Origin: a virus
Taxonomy: Duplodnaviria > Caudoviricetes
Direction: 5' to 3' (one strand)
Virus record (IMG/VR): IMGVR_UViG_3300027709_000001
Location: 1-53,866 of that record
Length of the DNA stretch: 53,866 nucleotides
Under the pieces are notes generated by a model. It ran no database searches. It was not told where the DNA came from and was given only the letters and a program-made list of their open reading frames with translations. Made by a program: the position numbers and the translations under genes. Within the stretch, counting starts at the first letter, position 1. The number at the start of each line of letters is the position of its first letter. Shown piece after piece: positions 45,468 to 53,866 of this stretch.

Positions 45468-46226
45468 TTAACCAATTGAGAAGCCGTATCCTTGACCACC
45501 TGCAACTTGTGTTTTAAGTTCTTCGTCAAGTTTTTCCATTTCAGCAATAGCTTCGGCTTTTAGAGCATCACCATTAAGTGATGTACCACCTTGTGGACCA
45601 GCTACTGTGGCAAATTTGCTTCGTGCTTCACCAAGCATATATTTACAAGTAGCGAGTGTATAATCTTTTAACCATTGTTGGGCTAGATAATCTAGTAAAA
45701 GCTGACTATCTGGACGATAGTTATAAGCATATAATAGTAAATCTTCTTCAGCTCGTGGTCGTTGTAATATTACTAATTCTTTAGTAGTAGTATTCCATTT
45801 AAATTCAATAAAACTACCAAACATTCTTCCAACAAGTTCTTGGTATTGTGAGAACAATTCGTATGTAGCTAACCCACCCATATTTGTACTTGCTAATAGA
45901 TAGGTATTTGTATATGCTAAATTAAATGGTTCAAATAATGTACCACCATCTCCACCACCAGTACGTGATCCTATTGAACGTCTATGTATACGTCTAACTT
46001 CAACAACTTCTTGTGGTAGAATATAAGTATTCTGATCAATTATTGTAGGTAAAAACAAATACGATTCTTCAACAGAATTATCAGATCGTTGCCTAAATTT
46101 AGCAAGTGCTTTTTTAAGTGCTTCTTCATAATGAGCTGGATCCAGCTCAACATCGACCATACCCCCACCTAATGATAGGTTTACATAATCGTATACTTCT
46201 TGTTTTTGTGTTGCTAAATCGCTCAT
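45468..46226 (-). CDS. gp13: Neck protein (gp13-like)
   Basis: LG...VDVEL, WLKDY..A..K..LG..RSKF, P.GG..LNG. Confidence 0.85.
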   Translation of the reverse strand: MSDLATQKQEVYDYVNLSLGGGMVDVELDPAHYEEALKKALAKFRQRSDNSVEESYLFLPTIIDQNTYILPQEVVEVRRIHRRSIGSRTGGGDGGTLFEPFNLAYTNTYLLASTNMGGLATYELFSQYQELVGRMFGSFIEFKWNTTTKELVILQRPRAEEDLLLYAYNYRPDSQLLLDYLAQQWLKDYTLATCKYMLGEARSKFATVAGPQGGTSLNGDALKAEAIAEMEKLDEELKTQVAGGQGYGFSIG

Positions 46227-46244
46227 ATGTATGCTCTCCATATG

Positions 46245-46274
46245 TATTTATCGGGAACCGACATCGAATAAATA
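46245..46274. promoter_or_regulatory. Divergent pair of late-type promoters
   Basis: ATAAATA on minus (46245-46251) and plus (46268-46274). Confidence 0.7.
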
Positions 46275-46282
46275 CTGTTACG

Positions 46283-47440
46283 ATGCCTAAACTTACACTA
46301 TATAAACCCGAACGCGGTGACGATTATGTCTTTTTGGATAGACATATCAGTGAAATGTTCACTGTTGGTGGAACTGACGTATTTGTCCACAAATATTTAG
46401 GACCACAAAATCCTGATGAAGCTGATGCTACGGCTGATAAACCTCGTTATGATGCAGTAAAAGAAACAAATATACAGGATATGTTATTCCTAGAAAATAG
46501 GGATAGAAAGTATGATCCTGATATCTATCATCTCAGAGGCATTTACAATGTGCAAGATATTGACTTTGATATGAGTCAATTTGGATTATTCCTACAAAAT
46601 GACACATTGTTTATGACTATACATATTAATGATAGTGTTCAGACATTAGGAAGAAAAATAATGTCTGGTGATGTAATAGAATTACCACATTTAAAAGATC
46701 CTCACGCACTTAATGATTTTAATCTTGCATTAAAACGTTATTATGTAGTTGAAGATGTTAATAGAGCGGCAGAAGGATTTAGTCAAACTTGGTATCCGCA
46801 TTTATATCGTGTTAAATTAAAACAAATAGTTGATAGTCAAGAGTTTAAAGAAATACTTGACCTACCTGCAGAAGAAGGCTCAGCTAATACACTACGTGAT
46901 GTGTTGTCTACGTATGAACAAGAAATGCAAATTAATGAGGCAGTTGTTGCTCAAGCAGAAGCTGATGCACCTAAGTCAGGTTATGAAACACAACATTTAT
47001 ATACATTACAAGTTGATAAAGAAGGTAAACCTGAACTTGTTACAACAGACATTGATACATTAGATGCAAGTCAAGCCGGACTATTAGCAGATAGAGTTAA
47101 CCAAACACCTGAACGACTTGGTTATGATGGTTACTTATTAGGTGATGGAATAGCACCAAACGGAGAAGCATTCGGACATGGTATAGGATTTCCAACAACT
47201 CAAATTAAAGGTGATTATTTCTTAAGAACAGATTTCTTACCTAATAGATTATTTAGGTATGATGGGAACAGGTGGATTAAAATGGAAGACTCAGTACGTA
47301 TGACATTAACTAATACAGATACAAGAGCTACACAAAAAACTGGCTTTGTTAATAACGCAACAGAAAATGTAATAGGCGGCGAGACAGTTAAAGAACGTCA
47401 ACCTTTGTCTAAAGCAGTTAAACCAAAGGCAGATAACTAA
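46283..47440 (+). CDS. Neck/head-closure protein (gp14-like) with C-terminal extension
   Basis: D.LF.E, SQFG, GDVIELP; position between gp13 and gp15; start MPKL at 46283. Confidence 0.7.
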   Translation: MPKLTLYKPERGDDYVFLDRHISEMFTVGGTDVFVHKYLGPQNPDEADATADKPRYDAVKETNIQDMLFLENRDRKYDPDIYHLRGIYNVQDIDFDMSQFGLFLQNDTLFMTIHINDSVQTLGRKIMSGDVIELPHLKDPHALNDFNLALKRYYVVEDVNRAAEGFSQTWYPHLYRVKLKQIVDSQEFKEILDLPAEEGSANTLRDVLSTYEQEMQINEAVVAQAEADAPKSGYETQHLYTLQVDKEGKPELVTTDIDTLDASQAGLLADRVNQTPERLGYDGYLLGDGIAPNGEAFGHGIGFPTTQIKGDYFLRTDFLPNRLFRYDGNRWIKMEDSVRMTLTNTDTRATQKTGFVNNATENVIGGETVKERQPLSKAVKPKADN

Positions 47441-48894
47441 TGCAACATTTTTATGACGGACAAATAAGACGTTACATTACTCAACTTATAAGGTTGTTTA
47501 GTAACTTTTCTTACAAAGATGGCAAAGGTAACTTAACACAAATACCTGTTATGTATGGTGATATTACTCGTCAGGTTGGTCATATTATACGTGATAATAG
47601 CGAAAATAAGATTCCTAGTGCTCCTAGAATATCTGTTTATATTACAGCATTGGCTATGGATAGACAAAGAACAGCTGATGCAACGTATGTAGGAAAAATA
47701 CATTTACGTGAAAGAACTTACGATGTTGATGGGAAAGAATATTTAAATACGCAAGGTCAAAACTATACAGTAGAACGTTTAATGCCTACTCCGTTTAATT
47801 TAGGAGTTAATGTAGATATTTGGTCAACAAATACAGAACAAAAATTACAAATAATAGAACAAATATTAACATTGTTTAATCCAAGTTTAGAAATTCAAAC
47901 AACTGACAATTACGTTGATTGGACAAGTTTAAGTGTAGTACACTTGGAAAACATTACATTTTCTACTAGAAGTATTCCTATGGGTACAGAAAGTGAAATT
48001 GATGTTGGACAATTAACGTTTGAAACACCTATTTGGTTATCACCTCCTGCTAAAGTTAAAAAGCTAGGGGTTATAACAAGTGTTGTAATGAGTATTTTTG
48101 ATGAAACTAAAGGAACAATTGATTTAGGTGCTTCACAACCTGAACTTAAACGTTATGATGATAGTGAATCACAAGATGTTAAAGGTGATGATGCTACAAG
48201 TACTAAACATAAAAAATCAGCTACAGCAACTAGAGCCGATGCTGTATCATTAGCAATTACTACATTTAAAGATTATGACTTAATAGTAACTAATAATATT
48301 GCTGTACTTGGTGACAAGGGTGTTGCAGGTGAACTTAATTGGCGTGTAGTTTTAGATTCGTTACCTGGACAATACCAAGCAGGATTAAGTAAAATTTATT
48401 TAAACAGATTAGACATCGGTAGTGTTATAGGAACTATTGCACATAACGAATTAGATGAAACACAACTTATTGTAAACTGGGATACAGATACTATTCCAAC
48501 TAATTCTGTGTTTGATGGACCAGCAGTTACTAAAGGAACTATTGATTATATAATTGATCCAACAAGAACTAATCCTACAAGTATTAAAACAAGTGGCACT
48601 AGAATTTTATTACTAGGTGATATTGGAGACCAGACTAATGTAGATGGTGCAGATGCTTGGAAAGATATCAGTGGCAATGATTTAATTGCATCAGAAAATG
48701 ATATAATTGAATGGGATAATAATGCTTGGACTATAGTATTCAATGCTAGTGATAATGATGGTTCTGATTCAACTGTAGATATAAAGTATACAACCAACCT
48801 TAATACCGGAATCCAATATAAATGGGACGGTACATCATGGACATTGAGCTTCGAAGGCGAATATCGAAAAGGCACCTGGAGGTTAGAATTATAG
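47440..48894 (+). CDS. gp15: Tail sheath stabiliser/terminator (gp15-like) with C-terminal extension
   Basis: HFYD..IRRY, IPV.YG, PRIS, P.PFNL, QIIEQIL..FNP. Confidence 0.82.
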   Translation: MQHFYDGQIRRYITQLIRLFSNFSYKDGKGNLTQIPVMYGDITRQVGHIIRDNSENKIPSAPRISVYITALAMDRQRTADATYVGKIHLRERTYDVDGKEYLNTQGQNYTVERLMPTPFNLGVNVDIWSTNTEQKLQIIEQILTLFNPSLEIQTTDNYVDWTSLSVVHLENITFSTRSIPMGTESEIDVGQLTFETPIWLSPPAKVKKLGVITSVVMSIFDETKGTIDLGASQPELKRYDDSESQDVKGDDATSTKHKKSATATRADAVSLAITTFKDYDLIVTNNIAVLGDKGVAGELNWRVVLDSLPGQYQAGLSKIYLNRLDIGSVIGTIAHNELDETQLIVNWDTDTIPTNSVFDGPAVTKGTIDYIIDPTRTNPTSIKTSGTRILLLGDIGDQTNVDGADAWKDISGNDLIASENDIIEWDNNAWTIVFNASDNDGSDSTVDIKYTTNLNTGIQYKWDGTSWTLSFEGEYRKGTWRLEL

Positions 48895-48907
48895 CATAAT
48901 TATTAGT

Positions 48908-49351
48908 ATGACTAATATTATATGTAGTGGTGCTCTCTTTTACACATTAGATACACAAAGATTTTTATTTTTACATAGAGTACAAAGCAAACAAAATAAC
49001 GTTTGGGGGCTTGTTGGTGGTACTAATGAAAGCGAAGAGATTCCATTTCAAGCATTACAACGTGAAATTAAAGAAGAAATTGGTTCTATACCAGATATAA
49101 TAAAGTCTATTCCCTTAGAAACATTCGTTAGTAGAGATGACAAATTCAATTTTCATACATATCTTTGCGTAATAAAAACAGAATTTATTCCAAAATTAAA
49201 TGAAGAACATAATGGATATGCTTGGGTTAGTTTTAATAACTGGCCTAAACCATTACATCAAGGGCTACGTAATACATTACAAAATAAAACAAATTTAACA
49301 AAATTAGAAACGGTATTTAAATTAGTATCATTAATGGAGAAGCATGATTAA
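48908..49351 (+). CDS. NUDIX hydrolase
   Basis: GGTNESEE....ALQREIKEEIG Nudix box. Confidence 0.92.
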   Translation: MTNIICSGALFYTLDTQRFLFLHRVQSKQNNVWGLVGGTNESEEIPFQALQREIKEEIGSIPDIIKSIPLETFVSRDDKFNFHTYLCVIKTEFIPKLNEEHNGYAWVSFNNWPKPLHQGLRNTLQNKTNLTKLETVFKLVSLMEKHD

Positions 49352-50615
49352 AGTTTATGGCGATATAATGTTAGATCGTTGGATTATCGGTAAAGCTGAT
49401 AGAGTATCGCCTGAGGCCGATGTATTAATTTTAAATGAAAATAAGCAAACATTTAATTTAGGTGGAGCCGCCAATTTAGCAATTAATTTAAAAAGTATTG
49501 ATGTTGATGTAGAATTATATGGATCAATAGGGAAGGATAAGGAAGGACTTCGTGTTCTTAAGCTATTAGCATATACAGATATAAATGCTAACCTAACTAA
49601 TGATTCTGAAATTACAACAACTAAAACAAGACTAGTAGGAGATACAGGTCAACATTTGTTACGTTGGGATAGAGAAAAAGAGTATAATGGTAATGAAGCA
49701 ATTGAAAGATTAAAACAAAATTTAGAAGTAGATTTTCTAAAACAAAATAATAGCATTGTTGTCATTAGTGATTATAATAAAGGAACTGTTACTGAAGAAA
49801 CTGTTGAAGAATTATTAGGTATAGCAGATATAAAATTATTTGTTGATCCTAAACAAGATGCACGTTTTTATGATGGTGCATTTTTGGTAAAACCTAATAT
49901 GAAAGAATATGAAGAATGGAATGGAGCATATAATAAAACAAGTGCATTAGAATTTATGCGTGATCATGGATGGACTTGGTTAATTGTAACTGCTGGTGCA
50001 AACGGTATTCATGTTTTAAATAAAAATGGCGATTATAATTATTTTAAAGAAGATACAAAAGAAGTATCAGATGTTACAGGTGCAGGAGATATAGTCTTAG
50101 CAGTTATAGTTTACGCTTATAATAAAGGATTAAGCATTCCTTCTGCTTGTGAACTTGCTTCTTATGCCGCAACTCGTAGTGTAGAAAAACGAGGAGTTGT
50201 TCCAGTAACATTAGATGATTTGGATAAAGGTATTGTATGGACTAACGGTGTGTTTGATATACTGCATACTGGTCATTTAAAGCTTCTTAGACACGCACAC
50301 ACGCTAGGTAAACGTCTTGTGGTGGGCATTAATAGTGATGCAAGTGTTAGACGCCTTAAGGGCGAAAATAGACCTATTAATACTGACCTTAAAAGAAAAG
50401 AAACATTAGAGGAATTGGGTTTTATAGATGAAGTTATAATATTTGATGAAGACACTCCAATAGATACTATTAAAAAAATTAAGCCAAATATTATTGTAAA
50501 GGGTGCTGACTATACAGTAGAAACAACTGTAGGAAATGATATGGCAAAGGTTGTTATATTTCCTAAAGTAGAAGGTCATTCAACAACAGAATTAATAAAG
50601 AAGATTAAACAATGA
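49344..50615 (+). CDS. hldE: Bifunctional heptose-7-phosphate kinase / heptose-1-phosphate adenylyltransferase
   Basis: GDIMLD, RVSPEA, GGAAN, SDYNKG, VDPK, DVTGAGD; TNGVFDILHTGH, NSDASV, KG.DY, STT. Confidence 0.95.
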   Translation: MIKVYGDIMLDRWIIGKADRVSPEADVLILNENKQTFNLGGAANLAINLKSIDVDVELYGSIGKDKEGLRVLKLLAYTDINANLTNDSEITTTKTRLVGDTGQHLLRWDREKEYNGNEAIERLKQNLEVDFLKQNNSIVVISDYNKGTVTEETVEELLGIADIKLFVDPKQDARFYDGAFLVKPNMKEYEEWNGAYNKTSALEFMRDHGWTWLIVTAGANGIHVLNKNGDYNYFKEDTKEVSDVTGAGDIVLAVIVYAYNKGLSIPSACELASYAATRSVEKRGVVPVTLDDLDKGIVWTNGVFDILHTGHLKLLRHAHTLGKRLVVGINSDASVRRLKGENRPINTDLKRKETLEELGFIDEVIIFDEDTPIDTIKKIKPNIIVKGADYTVETTVGNDMAKVVIFPKVEGHSTTELIKKIKQ

Positions 50616-51259
50616 ACCCAGACTTATTAACGTATATAAAACATAATGGAAGTGCATATAATACTGAAGCTAGTTCAATATTTTTTTACGCATTAACTAA
50701 AATGAAAAATTATAAAACTTTTGTAGAGTTTGGAACTGGGCTTGGTTGTACTGCATTTGCCGTTGCATCTGCAATGAAAGAAAATGGAGTAGGTAAGTGT
50801 ATAACTTTTGATAATGGTGGAGACTATGACGGAGCGAGCAATATGTCATATCAAGAGTACATTAATTCTATGGCGCATAAACTAGGAATACAAAATCATT
50901 TTATTTTATCAAACAAAGAAATAGACTTTACGTGGCGAGATAGTAATAAAGTTGATTGTGTCTTTTCCGATTTTGATAGGTCAGTTGAAGTTATTGAAAG
51001 ATTAATGTCATGGGCATTGTACAGTATGGATGATTATTCGTCTATTTTTATAGACGGATTATATAATTATAAAGAGGGATTTTATTATACAAAACTTTTA
51101 GTTAATAAGTTAAATGAAAACAAGATACCCAACTTTTTACTAATACATAAAAAGTTTATTGAAGAGCATAATTTTTCTTTAACAACTATAAGAAAACAAG
51201 ATAAAAATAATATGGGTCAAGATAGTATGTGTTGGATAAAAATAGAAGCGAACGTATGA
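50612..51259 (+). CDS. Class I SAM-dependent methyltransferase-like protein
   Basis: VEFGTGLG, TFD, VFSD. Confidence 0.7.
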   Translation: MNPDLLTYIKHNGSAYNTEASSIFFYALTKMKNYKTFVEFGTGLGCTAFAVASAMKENGVGKCITFDNGGDYDGASNMSYQEYINSMAHKLGIQNHFILSNKEIDFTWRDSNKVDCVFSDFDRSVEVIERLMSWALYSMDDYSSIFIDGLYNYKEGFYYTKLLVNKLNENKIPNFLLIHKKFIEEHNFSLTTIRKQDKNNMGQDSMCWIKIEANV

Positions 51260-52068
51260 GAATTTTAATTACAGGTGCAAACGGATTTATAGGTAAAAAT
51301 TTAGGACCGTATCTTGTCCATAAAGGACATACAGTAGAGGGTTATGAATATCTCGACGGTAGGTTTCCAGATCCAAAAGAATATGATAGAGTAATTCATT
51401 TAGGTGCTATTAGTGATACAACAGAAAAAGATGTTGATAAAATTTTAAAACAAAATTATGAATTTAGTATTAAAATGCTAGAATTATGTGATACATTTGG
51501 AACAACATTTATGTATGCTTCTAGTGCCAGTGTGTATGGTAATAATAAAGAGTTTAAAGAAAATTCACCTGTGGATCCACAGTCACCATATGCTTGGAGC
51601 AAATACTTATTTGATAGATTTGTTAAATCAGTAAATGAATATAAAGTTAATGTTCAAGGCTTTAGATTTTTTAATGTATACGGACCAGGTGAAGAAAATA
51701 AAGGTGATCAAAAAAGTGTATTTCATAAGTTTAAAGAACAAGCAATTGAAAATGGAGTTATAAACGTTTTTAAAGGTAGTGATGAGATTTATAGAGATTT
51801 TATTCATGTTGGTGACGTATGTCAAATTTTAGAAAAGTTTTTAACTGTTGATGCAACAGATATATGGAATATTGGTACTGGAAAAGCAAACTCATTTATG
51901 TATCTAGCACAATTAATGGCTAAAAAATGGAACGCTAAAGTTGTTGAAGTTCCATTACCTGATAATTTAAAAGGACAATATCAATATCATACACAAGCAA
52001 ACATAGAAAAGTTAAGTAATACTATAGGAGAATATAAATTTAGGACTGTAGAGGAATTTATCTTATGA
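51256..52068 (+). CDS. hldD: ADP-L-glycero-D-manno-heptose 6-epimerase-like SDR
   Basis: TGANGFIG, H.GA.S.TTE, YASSASVYG, YAWSK, RFFNVYGP.E, QYQ..TQA. Confidence 0.9.
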   Translation: MRILITGANGFIGKNLGPYLVHKGHTVEGYEYLDGRFPDPKEYDRVIHLGAISDTTEKDVDKILKQNYEFSIKMLELCDTFGTTFMYASSASVYGNNKEFKENSPVDPQSPYAWSKYLFDRFVKSVNEYKVNVQGFRFFNVYGPGEENKGDQKSVFHKFKEQAIENGVINVFKGSDEIYRDFIHVGDVCQILEKFLTVDATDIWNIGTGKANSFMYLAQLMAKKWNAKVVEVPLPDNLKGQYQYHTQANIEKLSNTIGEYKFRTVEEFIL

Positions 52069-52457
52069 CACAATTAAGTGGAACTGTAGAAAAAGGTTGG
52101 GGTTACGAAGTAATCTGGGCAACTAATGACAAGTATTGTGGTAAGATTATGGTCTTTAAAGAAAAAGGCTCTAAATGTTCTATGCATTTTCATAGAATAA
52201 AAGACGAAACCTGGTTTGTAAACAGTGGTAAGTTTATATTAAATTGGATTGATACTGGTACAGCTCAACTTTATAGCAAAGAATTAACCGAAGGTATGAC
52301 TTGGCATAATCCACCTTTACAACCGCACCAATTAGTAGCTATGGAACCAGGAAGCAGTATTACTGAAGTTAGTACAGCTGACTCAGTAGAAGACAATTAT
52401 CGACTTATGCCTGGTGATAGCCAACCAGTAGAAGATAAAAAAGACTCTAAAGAATAA
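52065..52457 (+). CDS. Cupin (sugar isomerase-like)
   Basis: KGWG.E, YCGK, SMHFH..KDETW, EVST, DNYR. Confidence 0.85.
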   Translation: MTQLSGTVEKGWGYEVIWATNDKYCGKIMVFKEKGSKCSMHFHRIKDETWFVNSGKFILNWIDTGTAQLYSKELTEGMTWHNPPLQPHQLVAMEPGSSITEVSTADSVEDNYRLMPGDSQPVEDKKDSKE

Positions 52458-53086
52458 TGCATATAGAAAAATTATTTCCTATTGGAATGTTAGTACATGA
52501 TGTTGAATCTGAATTAGCAGATCGTGTGGAAGATATAGTAGTAAAAAAAGTTAATGATATTCCACGACCTGCCGCTGACTCACCACACGCCACAGACTAT
52601 TTTCAAGACAAAAGAGTTGTAGATCTACCTAACGATCTTCCAGAACTTTTTAAAATAATTTGTAATTGTGTTGATCATTATCAAACACATAATAATATGA
52701 GAATAACAAAACGAAGGGAGTCAGGATTTCAACTTCCATATGATATGGGTCCAGGATTTTCAACACCGGCTTTTTACGAACTTGAATATTGGACACAAGA
52801 TTATAAAGAAGGCGATGTTCATAATGAACATGATCATGGTATAGGACGTATTTCAGGAATATACTGGGTTAGAGCAAATGAAAATGCTGGTGGATTACAA
52901 TTCAGAAATCCAAATCCTTTTGTACAATATCAATCACACCATGATGTAAATGCAGAGTTTTCATGGTCAGAATATGTATATGCACCTGTTAAAGGAAGAA
53001 TATTAATATACCCGTCTTATTTAAAACATGAAGTATTAAAAAGTGGAAAAGACACAATACGTACAACGATTGCGTTTAACACTTAG
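52457..53086 (+). CDS. 2OG-Fe(II) oxygenase (HxH type)
   Basis: W......HNEHDH..ISGIY, F.NP, PSYLKHEV, RTTIAFN. Confidence 0.85.
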   Translation: MHIEKLFPIGMLVHDVESELADRVEDIVVKKVNDIPRPAADSPHATDYFQDKRVVDLPNDLPELFKIICNCVDHYQTHNNMRITKRRESGFQLPYDMGPGFSTPAFYELEYWTQDYKEGDVHNEHDHGIGRISGIYWVRANENAGGLQFRNPNPFVQYQSHHDVNAEFSWSEYVYAPVKGRILIYPSYLKHEVLKSGKDTIRTTIAFNT

Positions 53087-53866
53087 GCTTGAGCTTCGCC
53101 CCATCTAAGAATAATATTTGCGTCAACAGCCGCACCAGACGTTTTATAAACATTAATTGCTAATACATCAGGACCGTTAGGATAAGTTCCTCGTCCACCT
53201 AATGTAGTATTCGTTAATTCTTTCAATCCTGTTAAGTCTAGATTTGCAAGTTCACCTGGGTTTGCAATAAACGAAAATACAGTTTCACCTGGCTGTGCAT
53301 ACGGTGGTTGTCCAAATAAGAATCCTACAGTTGCACCAGCAGATACAGTTGCAATTGACGTTTGTGAAAATGTTACTTTGTAATACTCTGTTCCACCAAA
53401 CTCTAACGGTCCTTGAACATTTGATACCGCAGTACCTGCCGGAAATTTTGCATCACTTACTTCTGTACCTGCAACTGCTTGGGTAGTTTCCCAACTTGCT
53501 TTTGTAAAGTACAAATAGTTAGTATAAGATAACTCACCACCAACACCAAATGTAATAGCTTCACCTGAACTAATGTATCCTGTGTTTCTTTGTGTAGTTC
53601 TAATACGTACCCTGTTATACCAAGTTTCTTCGTAAATATCTAAAACAGTTGTTCCTGCTGGAAAGTCTGAAGTTCCTGTACTTGGATTACCTGTTGCGAT
53701 AATTTCTGTACCGTTAGTAACGTTATCATTTAAACCATCCCATTCACTTGTTGAAAAGTAGTGATACGTTGTACTGTTTCTATTATACAATGAATCAGCT
53801 GACGCTGATAACTGTGCAGTTGTAGTTGCATTTCTAATAACCTGTGTAGCACCTGTACTCCATGTA
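53083..53866 (-). CDS. C-terminal part of a large virion structural protein (5' end outside window)
   Basis: Frame open to the window edge; Thr/Gly-rich with a repeated FPAGT.V unit. Confidence 0.75.
   Translation of the reverse strand, partial: TWSTGATQVIRNATTTAQLSASADSLYNRNSTTYHYFSTSEWDGLNDNVTNGTEIIATGNPSTGTSDFPAGTTVLDIYEETWYNRVRIRTTQRNTGYISSGEAITFGVGGELSYTNYLYFTKASWETTQAVAGTEVSDAKFPAGTAVSNVQGPLEFGGTEYYKVTFSQTSIATVSAGATVGFLFGQPPYAQPGETVFSFIANPGELANLDLTGLKELTNTTLGGRGTYPNGPDVLAINVYKTSGAAVDANIILRWGEAQA

Noticed and set aside
990-53486. Numerous 60-140 aa opposite-strand ORFs in the track (e.g. 5526-5909, 27574-27996, 48546-48875)
   Set aside because: They lie antisense within well-supported genes and have no recognisable motifs.
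1-53866. Stop-codon reassignment, as seen in some large phages
   Set aside because: Conserved genes are intact in the standard code, and TAA, TAG and TGA all end genes at expected positions.
1-53866. CRISPR array, DGR/retron reverse transcriptase, integrase or transposase
   Set aside because: No regularly spaced repeats or diagnostic motifs seen; the TnsA-like ORF is best explained as T4 gp4.

Overview
AT-rich, densely coded fragment of a large T4-like (probably jumbo) myovirus. Most genes are on the minus strand and use the standard genetic code; no integrase or CRISPR array is visible. Replication and recombination genes include gp41 helicase, gp61 primase, a gp62-like clamp loader, gp32 SSB, UvsW/X/Y, dNMP kinase and a 198-aa miniature DnaE-like polymerase core. 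Morphogenesis genes include terminase, gp4, tail tube, a 1095-aa sheath and gp13/14/15. Auxiliary genes include ClpP, IscU, peroxiredoxin, HldE/HldD, glycosyltransferases, methyltransferases and 2OG-Fe(II)/cupin oxygenases; ClpP and IscU look proteobacterial (host inference only). The most striking element is at the left edge. A class IIb aaRS catalytic domain lacking the anticodon-binding domain is followed 6 nt later by a non-canonical tRNA (Asn-type UCC acceptor start, GUU anticodon, Leu/Ser-type D-arm, apparently long variable arm, U37), and the gene itself holds two terminator-like hairpins. Promoters fall into two classes, sigma70-type and T4-late-type TAAATA, and many imply leaderless mRNAs. 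All calls come from motif recognition by eye; no searches were run.
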